From: Thermodesulfobacteriota bacterium
GTDB taxonomy: Bacteria > Desulfobacterota > Binatia > Bin18
Reading direction: 5' to 3'
NCBI GenBank assembly: GCA_964291405.2
Contig: OZ219926.1
Coordinates: forward strand, 2,688,001-2,752,000
DNA: 64,000 nt
Below the pieces are notes generated by a model, which saw nothing but the letters and a program-made list of their open reading frames with translations, was not told the origin of the DNA and searched no databases. The position numbers were made by a program, and so were the translations under genes. This document shows positions 37,283 through 45,145 of this stretch, one piece after another. Within the stretch, counting starts at the first letter, position 1. The number at the start of each line of letters is the position of its first letter.

Positions 37283-38320
37283 ATGGCTGTCTACACTGTC
37301 CTTGACCGCAAAGCCGTTAATCGTCTCGTCAAAGACTATGGATTAGGGCGTTTGTCAACCGCTCAGGGTATCTCTGCCGGATCGGTGAACACTCATTATT
37401 GCCTTGAGGCTGCGAAGGGAAAATTCGTTCTGCGAATTGATGAGGTCAAAGACACGAGCGACGCGCAGCGTGAAATCGACTTTCTGCTCTTCTTGCGTAA
37501 ACGTGGCTTTCCGTGCCCACGGCCGGTGGCCGACAAAAACGGTTCCTATCTCCAGGAATACGAAAAGAAGGCGGTCTCTATCTATCGTCATCTGGCCGGC
37601 AAAGACTTCTCGGCCGCAACGCTCACCAATGACCACATAGAAAAGATTGGACAGACCCTGGCCCGGCTCCATCTCATTGGCCAGGAATATGATACCCCGA
37701 TCAGAAACCGGTTTGCTTTTGACCGTGTACGCAGTATTTATCAAAACCTGCGCGGCCGTATTGCGGTCCATCTGAAGCATATCGGCCACGTCCTGGATGA
37801 TGAAATCGCCCATCAGGAAGAATATCGGGAAGAAAAGCTGCCAAAAGGCATGATCCACGGCGACCTCTTTCCTGATAACGTCCTGTTTCGTGGTGGGAGA
37901 GTCGTTGGTGTGCTCGACTTTGAAGCGGCCTGTTTTGGCAAATTCATTGCCGACCTGGCAACTGCCGTAAACGCCATGTGCTATTACGAGGAGCGCTACC
38001 ATATTGGTCGATTCAACGCCCTCCTTGACGGTTATCAGTCCGAGCGTACGCTTTCGCTAGCCGAGTGGGACGCCTTTCCGAATGAGCTCCGTTTTTCCGC
38101 CTTCCGCTTTACTCTGACTCGTCTGCGTGATTTTTTCTTTCGCCACATGGATGAAAAACGACGGGTGAATAAGGATTATCGGGAATTCTTTCACCGTCTC
38201 AGAATCCTCCGCCGGGAGCGGAGCGGTGGGATGGACCAAATGCTCCTCACGATGGCAACGGGCTATGATTACCGCAAGTATCAAAAGATCCACGCTGAGG
38301 AAAAAGGCGTGAACGCCTAA
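37283..38320 (+). CDS. thrB: Homoserine kinase type II (APH-fold)
   Basis: MAVYT.L, G..NT.Y, LARLH, IHGDLFPDNVLF, LDF. Confidence 0.85.
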   Translation: MAVYTVLDRKAVNRLVKDYGLGRLSTAQGISAGSVNTHYCLEAAKGKFVLRIDEVKDTSDAQREIDFLLFLRKRGFPCPRPVADKNGSYLQEYEKKAVSIYRHLAGKDFSAATLTNDHIEKIGQTLARLHLIGQEYDTPIRNRFAFDRVRSIYQNLRGRIAVHLKHIGHVLDDEIAHQEEYREEKLPKGMIHGDLFPDNVLFRGGRVVGVLDFEAACFGKFIADLATAVNAMCYYEERYHIGRFNALLDGYQSERTLSLAEWDAFPNELRFSAFRFTLTRLRDFFFRHMDEKRRVNKDYREFFHRLRILRRERSGGMDQMLLTMATGYDYRKYQKIHAEEKGVNA

Positions 38321-38370
38321 GTCCGGTACCCCCTGCGCCCTGACAACATTGCGGAGACATCCAGACCACT

Positions 38371-39867
38371 GTGTTTTCAAAGATACTCATTGCAAACCGA
38401 GGTGAGATCGCCACTCGTATCGCTCGGACCTGTCGTGAAATGGGTATCGCAACAGTGGCCGTGTACTCAGAGGCTGACCGTTCTTCACCCCATCTGTATG
38501 TGGCGGACGAGGCCGTGTGTGTGGGGCCGGCTCAGGCCAGCGAGAGTTATCTCAACGTGGAGTCCATGCTGGCCGCGGCCCGCCAGACCAGGGTGAACGC
38601 GATCCATCCTGGATATGGATTTTTATCGGAGAATGCGACATTTGCTCGGGCCGTAGCTGATGCCGGCCTGACCTTTATCGGCCCTGCTCCGGATGCCCTG
38701 TCTGCGGTTGGAAACAAGATTGTTGCGCGCCGGACAGTGGCTCAACTCGGTGTTCCGGTGATTCCTGCGCTTGAAGACCCGGCGACCGACCCCAAGACGG
38801 TGCGTGAGCAAGTCGCAGCACTCGGCTACCCCCTCTTGATTAAAGCGGCTGCGGGTGGTGGCGGTAAAGGAATGCGCATTGTGCGCGAGGAAGCCGAGTT
38901 GGTTGAGGCCTTGTCTGCGGCGCAGCGCGAAGCCGAAGCGGCCTTTGCCGAAGGGACGGTCTATGTTGAGCGTTTTCTCGAACGTCCCCACCATGTGGAA
39001 GTCCAGATTCTTGGTGACACTGCCGGGAATATCGTCCATCTTGGCGAACGGGAATGCTCCATTCAGCGCCGCTATCAGAAAATAGTCGAAGAGACTCCCT
39101 CACCCGCCGTATCCGAGTCCCTGCGGCAGGAGATGACCAAGGCCGCGCTTACCGTGGCCAGAGCCGCCGGCTATGACAATGCCGGAACCGTCGAATTCAT
39201 CCTCGACAACGACGGGAAATTCTATTTTCTTGAAGTCAACGCTCGCCTCCAGGTTGAGCATCCGATTACCGAGTGGATTACCGGTCTGGATCTGGTGCAA
39301 GAACAAATCCGGATTGCCGCCGGGGAAGCGCTGGGTTTCCAGCAAGATGACATCCGCCGGAACGGCCACGCCCTTGAGTGCCGTTTATATGCCGAAGATG
39401 CCGCCCACGGGTTCCTGCCGTCGCCCGGACATGTCTTGGCCTGGCATGCGCCCCAGGGACCGGGGGTACGGGTTGATTCCGGAGTCGAGTCGCAGACCGA
39501 AGTCCCGATATACTATGATCCCATGATTGCCAAGATTTCGACTTGGGGAGCGGACCGTGAACAAGCCCGCAGACGCATGGCCGGGGCGCTTCGTCAAACG
39601 GCGGTTCTGGGCCTCACGACCAACCTGCCTTTTTTAATTGAGCTCATGGACCATCCTGCCTTTGCCGCTGGCGATACCCACACCGGCTTTCTGTCCGAGT
39701 ATTTTCCGAACTGGCAACCCGGCGATCAGCCGCATACGCTTGCGGCTGCTCTGGCCGCCAGTCTGCACCGTGGTCCATATCGAAACGGTGATGGATCGAC
39801 CTCTTTACCCTCGCAGGACTCCTCGACTCCATGGCGACAGCTTGGCGGCTGGCGCCTCGGCTCCTGA
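38371..39867 (+). CDS. Acyl-CoA carboxylase, biotin carboxylase subunit
   Basis: KILIANRGEIA, HPGYGFLSEN, GGGGKGMR, ERECSIQRR, RLQVEHP, YYDPMIAK. Confidence 0.95.
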   Translation: MFSKILIANRGEIATRIARTCREMGIATVAVYSEADRSSPHLYVADEAVCVGPAQASESYLNVESMLAAARQTRVNAIHPGYGFLSENATFARAVADAGLTFIGPAPDALSAVGNKIVARRTVAQLGVPVIPALEDPATDPKTVREQVAALGYPLLIKAAAGGGGKGMRIVREEAELVEALSAAQREAEAAFAEGTVYVERFLERPHHVEVQILGDTAGNIVHLGERECSIQRRYQKIVEETPSPAVSESLRQEMTKAALTVARAAGYDNAGTVEFILDNDGKFYFLEVNARLQVEHPITEWITGLDLVQEQIRIAAGEALGFQQDDIRRNGHALECRLYAEDAAHGFLPSPGHVLAWHAPQGPGVRVDSGVESQTEVPIYYDPMIAKISTWGADREQARRRMAGALRQTAVLGLTTNLPFLIELMDHPAFAAGDTHTGFLSEYFPNWQPGDQPHTLAAALAASLHRGPYRNGDGSTSLPSQDSSTPWRQLGGWRLGS

Positions 39868-39885
39868 TACCCGAATTATTCCGAA

Positions 39886-40407
39886 ATGAAGACCTTACTC
39901 TATGTCGCGGGTGAAGAACTGGCGCTGGAATATAACCAACACGGCGAGAGCGACGACCTGTACGAGCTTGTCTGGAACGGCCAGACTCAGCAACCGGCAC
40001 ATGTGGTCACTATTCGGGATGGTACGATCACCTTCCTCGTTGACGGTCATCCTCTTCATGCCCATGTGGTCCGGGATGGTGACCGCAGCCTGATATCCAT
40101 CGAGGGGCGGACCTACGAATTCAATCACACTCCCCCTAAGGACGCCCGAGCCCGCCAGCGGGGGACGAGGGGGAGCTTTGAACCTGAGATCCGCTCCCCC
40201 ATGCCAGGGAAAATTCTCGCCGTCAAAGTCGTCGAAGGCGAGGTTGTCGAAGACGGCCAAACCCTCGTGCTTCTCGAAGCGATGAAAATGGAGAATGCGC
40301 TGACTGCCGAGGGGAATGCCCGTGTAGCTACCATCCATGTGGCCGACGGAGACCTCGTCGAACTTGGTCAGGTTCTGGTCGAGCTTGAGCCAATCGAAGC
40401 AGAGTAG
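39886..40407 (+). CDS. Biotin carboxyl carrier (biotin/lipoyl domain) protein
   Basis: SPMPGKI...LEAMKMEN. Confidence 0.92.
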   Translation: MKTLLYVAGEELALEYNQHGESDDLYELVWNGQTQQPAHVVTIRDGTITFLVDGHPLHAHVVRDGDRSLISIEGRTYEFNHTPPKDARARQRGTRGSFEPEIRSPMPGKILAVKVVEGEVVEDGQTLVLLEAMKMENALTAEGNARVATIHVADGDLVELGQVLVELEPIEAE

Positions 40408-40427
40408 ACAGCCCAGTGGAGGTGCCC

Positions 40428-41342
40428 TCAGCCGAGCTGGGAACCCACCTGAAGCCCAATATGCCCAGCGAGCTCGTCAGCGGCGATTTTGCCCCGCTCA
40501 CCGCGGAGCTTTTTGGCGACGACGGTGCCACCGTTCAGGGCAATGCTGACAGTCCCATCCCCAAGGGCGAGCACTTGTCCCGGTGTTGCTGATCCGCTAG
40601 ACGGCTCCAGGCGACAGTCATACAGGCGGATTTTCTGTCCGCGCCATAGTGTCGATGCGCCGGGCTGTGGGTCGCACCCGCGGATATGGTCAAAGACGGC
40701 TTGCGCTGGCTGAGACCAGTCAATGCCAGAATGTTCATCCCGACACAACGGATCGTAATTGGCCTGGGATTCGTCTTGGACAATGCGCGGCGGACTACCG
40801 GCTTGAATCAGATCGATCGCCTCACCAGCGGCCTCAATACCGAGCGGGAAGAGTTTGTTGAAGTACAGGGTTCCGGTTGTCTCTTCTGGGCCAATTTCGA
40901 CTTCTTTTTGCACCAGTATCGGACCGGTATCAATACCCTCGTCTACCCAGAACCAGGAGATACCGGTCTTTTTCTCACCATTGATCAGGGTCCAGTTAAT
41001 CGCACTCCCACCACGATACTTGGGTAAGAGTGACGGGTGAAAACAGATGCTACCGAGTTTGGGCGCGTTGAACACTGGAGGCGGAACGATTTGGGTCACG
41101 AAGGCCAATACGGCGAGATCCGCGTCGAGCTCTTGAAATTTCCCCAAGACCTCAGGACTCTTCATGGAGCGGTGTTGATAAACGGGAATATCGAGTTCCC
41201 CTGCCCGCTTCTTGACAGGATCAAACTTTCCTTCGACTCTGTCCGGGGGGCAAAACACCGCCAGGATATCCTGGCCCTTATCCCGGAGCTTATCGAGCGT
41301 TTTTTCCGCAAACGCGGCTTGACCAATGAGAATGATACGCAT
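40428..41342 (-). CDS. Methionyl-tRNA formyltransferase-like formyltransferase
   Basis: HPSLLPKYRGGSAINW, DEGIDTG, IRGCDPQPGA. Confidence 0.85.
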   Translation of the reverse strand: MRIILIGQAAFAEKTLDKLRDKGQDILAVFCPPDRVEGKFDPVKKRAGELDIPVYQHRSMKSPEVLGKFQELDADLAVLAFVTQIVPPPVFNAPKLGSICFHPSLLPKYRGGSAINWTLINGEKKTGISWFWVDEGIDTGPILVQKEVEIGPEETTGTLYFNKLFPLGIEAAGEAIDLIQAGSPPRIVQDESQANYDPLCRDEHSGIDWSQPAQAVFDHIRGCDPQPGASTLWRGQKIRLYDCRLEPSSGSATPGQVLALGDGTVSIALNGGTVVAKKLRGERGKIAADELAGHIGLQVGSQLG

Positions 41343-41384
41343 ATGGGTTCTCCTTTCCGTACGTCCGTTCGACAGTCTGTTGGC

Positions 41385-41440
41385 AAAGAGTAAACGTGTC
41401 CAGCTTTTTTTTGTCTGGCTGGAGGATACGTTTACTCTTT
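41385..41440 (-). repeat. Palindromic element copy H (56 bp, minus strand, intergenic)
   Basis: Minus strand AAAGAGTAAACGTATCC-TCCAGCCAGACAAAAAAAAGCT-GGACACGTTTACTCTTT. Confidence 0.95.
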
Positions 41441-41449
41441 GGGGTGTTT

Positions 41450-42184
41450 TCAGCGGGGCAGCAATACGTCCTTCAGCACGTGGCTGAGCTTTTGACCCAC
41501 TGCAACGATACTCGTCCTGTCCAGCAATAAGCCATTATTGATTTCGATTTCGAGATAGACGAGATTATGACGCTCGCCATGACTCCGGGCGCTAAAGATA
41601 AGCCCATCATAACCGGAGTAGGGCTCGTTATAGCGCACCCGGTAGCCGGTATGGCTCAGCCGTTGCTCGAACTCCTGGGCAAGGTCTTCGTAGCGGTCGA
41701 ATAAGATGCCTAAATCAAACGATCTTTTCTTCTCACCGAGGATCGGGGTGAAGCTGTGAACGCTGAGCAGAAAAACAGGCGGTGGCATTTTTTGCGTCAG
41801 CACACGGTCAATAGCTGCATGATAGGGCTGGTAGAACTGCATAATGCGTTGCTGTTGCTCGGCCTCGGTCAGATGCATATTAGCCGGAACGCGCGTGCCG
41901 TCGCTCTCAGGAATAATGAGGTCATCGTCTGACAGGGCACGGTTGCAGTCAATCAAGAGGCGCGAGTATTGAGATAGAATAGCTGTGGAATCAACATGTT
42001 GGATGATCTCTTGAACAACCGCCCGAGCACCAATATCCCAGCCGATATGGCGCCGTAACTCGTCAGGAGGAATCCCGAGCGTCCCGTATTCAGGCGGGAG
42101 CGCGGATGACGCGTGTTCACAGGTGAGCACCATTGGAAAGGTGCCGTTCGGGTTGAGAATCGTAAAGGAAGACGCTGCGCTCAC
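41450..42184 (-). CDS. N-formylglutamate amidohydrolase family
   Basis: CEHAS, HIGWDIGA, SRLLIDCNR, SVHSFTP, NEPY. Confidence 0.9.
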   Translation of the reverse strand: MSAASSFTILNPNGTFPMVLTCEHASSALPPEYGTLGIPPDELRRHIGWDIGARAVVQEIIQHVDSTAILSQYSRLLIDCNRALSDDDLIIPESDGTRVPANMHLTEAEQQQRIMQFYQPYHAAIDRVLTQKMPPPVFLLSVHSFTPILGEKKRSFDLGILFDRYEDLAQEFEQRLSHTGYRVRYNEPYSGYDGLIFSARSHGERHNLVYLEIEINNGLLLDRTSIVAVGQKLSHVLKDVLLPR

Positions 42185-42219
42185 GTCGAAAATTCCTACA
42201 AAACAATTTTATAACTCTG

Positions 42220-42274
42220 TTGACAATTGAATGGGGTTTAAATTAGAACAGTTTTTCCATTAGAAGACTGTTCT
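42220..42274. promoter_or_regulatory. Divergent promoter region with candidate IclR operator
   Basis: TTGACA 42220-42225; AGAACAGT-N14-ACTGTTCT at 42245-42274 in an AT-rich spacer. Confidence 0.5.
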
Positions 42275-42296
42275 TGTTTCTGGCTAAGGAGATACC

Positions 42297-43076
42297 GTGG
42301 TGCGACGAGAAAAAAGCAATTATATTATCCAAGCGGTCGCCCATGCCCTCGACGTTCTTGAGCAATTCCATACTGATGCGGAACTCGGTGTGACCGAACT
42401 GAGTAAACGACTCACCCTTCACAAAAATAACGTCTTCCGAATCCTAGCAACATTGGAATCACGCGGCTATATCGAACAAAATCGTTCGACTGAGAACTAT
42501 CGTCTGGGCACAAAGTGTCTGCAACTCGGGCAGACCTATATCCAACACATGGGGCTGTTGCAACAAGCCAAGCCGGTCCTGGGTGAGGTCGTCCAAGCCT
42601 GTCGTGAGACGGCCTATGTGACCGTGATGCGGCAGGGAAAAGTTGTGCCTGTCGACATGGTTGAACCCGATCAGGCCGTTCGCATCGTCTCGCATATTGG
42701 GGAGAGCCTGCCGTTGCACTGCACGGCTGCGGGGAAAGTCCATTTAGCCTTTGAGACCAGAGAAGAGGTCCAACGTTCCCTGCTCGATTCGCTCCAGACG
42801 CATACCGAGCAAACCATTACCGACCGGACGCTGTTAGAAGCCCAACTCAAAGAGGTGTCCCAGAAAGGCTATGCGCTTGAAAACGGAGAGCACCTGACCG
42901 ATGTACGGACGGTGGCCGTGCCGATCCGAGATTACACCCGTACGGTCGTCGGGAGCTTGGCGGTCAGCGGCCCTGCCTATCGGATTGGACTCGAACGGCT
43001 TGAGCAAGAGTTAGCCCCTTTGACCATCCAGGCGGGGAAAGATCTCTCCAGCCGTCTTGGTCATCCGCTTTCTTGA
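42297..43076 (+). CDS. IclR-family transcriptional regulator
   Basis: N-terminal HTH (LGVTELS...KNNVFRILATL), PLHCTAAGK, AVPIRD. Confidence 0.93.
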   Translation: MVRREKSNYIIQAVAHALDVLEQFHTDAELGVTELSKRLTLHKNNVFRILATLESRGYIEQNRSTENYRLGTKCLQLGQTYIQHMGLLQQAKPVLGEVVQACRETAYVTVMRQGKVVPVDMVEPDQAVRIVSHIGESLPLHCTAAGKVHLAFETREEVQRSLLDSLQTHTEQTITDRTLLEAQLKEVSQKGYALENGEHLTDVRTVAVPIRDYTRTVVGSLAVSGPAYRIGLERLEQELAPLTIQAGKDLSSRLGHPLS

Positions 43077-43216
43077 GTTGGACGGGTCGGAGGGTGCATA
43101 GCTCCTCCTGACGGTCTGATCGTGCACGCTTGACAGCCAGGGTGCGAAGCGTTGAACTAGGGGTCGCGCCTGAAGCGAGCCATATTTTCGTAATTCATGA
43201 CAGGAGGAAAACACTG

Positions 43217-43972
43217 GTGAAAGTACTTGTGACGGTCAAACGGGTCCCTGACCCGGAGACAACGATCCGTGTGAAATCTGATGGATCGGGCATTGAGACG
43301 GATAATATCAAATATGTCATCAACCCGTTTGATGAGATCGCTCTTGAGGAAGCCCTCCGCATCAAGGAAAAGCTGGGCTCCGGTGAGGTGGTGTTAGTCA
43401 GTATTGGCGCCAGCGTGGTGACCGAGCAACTCAGGACCGGGTTGGCGATGGGTGCTGATCGGGCCATCTTGGTTGGCTGTGATCAAGACTTGGACTCCTT
43501 GGCTATCGCCCGGATCCTGGCTAAAATTGTTGAAGAAGAAAGTCCTCAGCTCGTCCTCATGGGCAAGCAGGCGATTGACGACGATGCCAATCAGGCCGGC
43601 CAGATGCTGGCGGCGCTGTTGGGTTGGTCCCAAGCGACCTTTGCCTCTGAAGTCGTGCTGTCCGATGACCAGCAATCCGTCAAGGTCACACGCGAAGTGG
43701 ACGGTGGACTGGAAACAATCGGCTTTGCCCTGCCCGGTGTCATTACCTCTGATTTACGGCTCAACGAACCCCGCTACGCCTCCCTGCCCGGTATTATGAA
43801 GGCGCGCAAAAAAGAGATCAAAGAAATTGCCGCGGCAGACCTCGGCGTTGATATTACCCCTCGCTTGATGATCAATAGCCTTGAACCGCCAACCCAGAAA
43901 GAGGCGGGCAAAAAAGTCGAGACCGTGGAAGAGTTGATTGGTCTGCTGCACGACGAGGCGAAAGTGATCTAA
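43217..43972 (+). CDS. etfB: Electron transfer flavoprotein beta subunit
   Basis: VKRVPD, INPFDEIALEEA, GKQAIDDD, REVDGG, LNEPRYASLPGIMKA. Confidence 0.96.
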   Translation: MKVLVTVKRVPDPETTIRVKSDGSGIETDNIKYVINPFDEIALEEALRIKEKLGSGEVVLVSIGASVVTEQLRTGLAMGADRAILVGCDQDLDSLAIARILAKIVEEESPQLVLMGKQAIDDDANQAGQMLAALLGWSQATFASEVVLSDDQQSVKVTREVDGGLETIGFALPGVITSDLRLNEPRYASLPGIMKARKKEIKEIAAADLGVDITPRLMINSLEPPTQKEAGKKVETVEELIGLLHDEAKVI

Positions 43973-44011
43973 CGCCGCTGCGCTATGCGATGATATCTGG
44001 AGACGAGAATA

Positions 44012-44980
44012 ATGGGAAATATACTTGTTTTTGCAGAAACTCAAAAAGGGCGTGTCCCCAAGAGTTCGCTGATTGCCATTCAAGCCGGTAAGGACGCGGC
44101 GAGTAAACTCGGTGGTGACGTGCTCGTGGCAGTCTTGGGCTCGGACACCGCTGCCGCCGCCCAGGAGGCAGCAGGATATGGGGCGGCAAAGGTCTTAGCC
44201 GTCGATGATGCGGCGCTCGAAGACTATCTCGCGGACGCTTATGCTGCCACGCTCGAACAGCTCGTGCAGGCAAACGATGTCACGTTGGTGGTGACGACGG
44301 CTACGGCGGTGGGCAAAGACCTGTTGCCGCGGGTGGCGGCCCGACTGGGGGTGGGCATGGCCAGCGATGTGGTCAGCTTCAATGACGATGGCACATTGCA
44401 GCGGCCCATGTATGCCGGCAACACCATGGCAACCGTGACGCTTGCGGACGCGATCAAGGTCGTGTCTGTCCGCAGCACTGCATTTGACGCCGCTCAGCCA
44501 GGAGAGCAGTCTGCGGTGGAACAGGTCCCTGTCAGCCTCGACGCAGACGCGACCAAAATGCAGTTTGTTGAATTTAATGAAACCAAGTCCGACCGGCCCA
44601 ACCTGACGGAGGCCAGCATTGTGGTGTCTGGCGGGCGCGGGTTGAAGTCGGGCGAGAATTTCACAACCTATCTGGAGCCTTTGGTGAACGAGTTGAATGC
44701 GGCCATGGGTGCCAGTCGGGCGGCAGTTGATGCTGGCTTTGTCCCCAACGATCTGCAAGTTGGGCAAACTGGGAAAGTCGTGGCGCCGGAGTTGTATATT
44801 GCGGTGGGGATTTCCGGTGCGATTCAGCACTTAGCCGGCATGAAGGACTCGAAAGTCATTGTGGCGGTGAATAAAGATCCTGACGCACCGATTTTCAATG
44901 TGGCTGACTACGGCCTGGTCGCTGACCTGTTCAAGGCCGTGCCCGAGTTGACCGATGCGGTAAAAAAAGCCAAGGAGTAG
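44012..44980 (+). CDS. etfA: Electron transfer flavoprotein alpha subunit
   Basis: [36 protein letters not shown]. Confidence 0.97.
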   Translation: MGNILVFAETQKGRVPKSSLIAIQAGKDAASKLGGDVLVAVLGSDTAAAAQEAAGYGAAKVLAVDDAALEDYLADAYAATLEQLVQANDVTLVVTTATAVGKDLLPRVAARLGVGMASDVVSFNDDGTLQRPMYAGNTMATVTLADAIKVVSVRSTAFDAAQPGEQSAVEQVPVSLDADATKMQFVEFNETKSDRPNLTEASIVVSGGRGLKSGENFTTYLEPLVNELNAAMGASRAAVDAGFVPNDLQVGQTGKVVAPELYIAVGISGAIQHLAGMKDSKVIVAVNKDPDAPIFNVADYGLVADLFKAVPELTDAVKKAKE

Positions 44981-45022
44981 GAAACTACGTCCGGCGAGAT
45001 TCGCGTAACATAGGCCCACCAT

Positions 45023-45046
45023 GTAGGCCGCGGAATTCTCCGCGGC
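45023..45046 (+). repeat. GTAG-type REP-like hairpin downstream of etfA
   Basis: GTAG-GCCGCGGA-attc-TCCGCGGC. Confidence 0.45.
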
Positions 45047-45145
45047 TCCATCAATACATTACATTTTGGGTAAGTTCGTTCAGTGTTCCTCGTCGTATGA
45101 AAGAATCATAGTAACATCATATGATCGAATTATGGTCTTGTACCA

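Noticed and set aside
15971-41440. 54-bp repeats as a CRISPR array or integron attC sites
   Set aside because: Copies are dispersed over 25 kb at irregular spacing, several lie inside genes, there are no cas or integrase genes, and no RYYYAAC/GTTRRRY ends.
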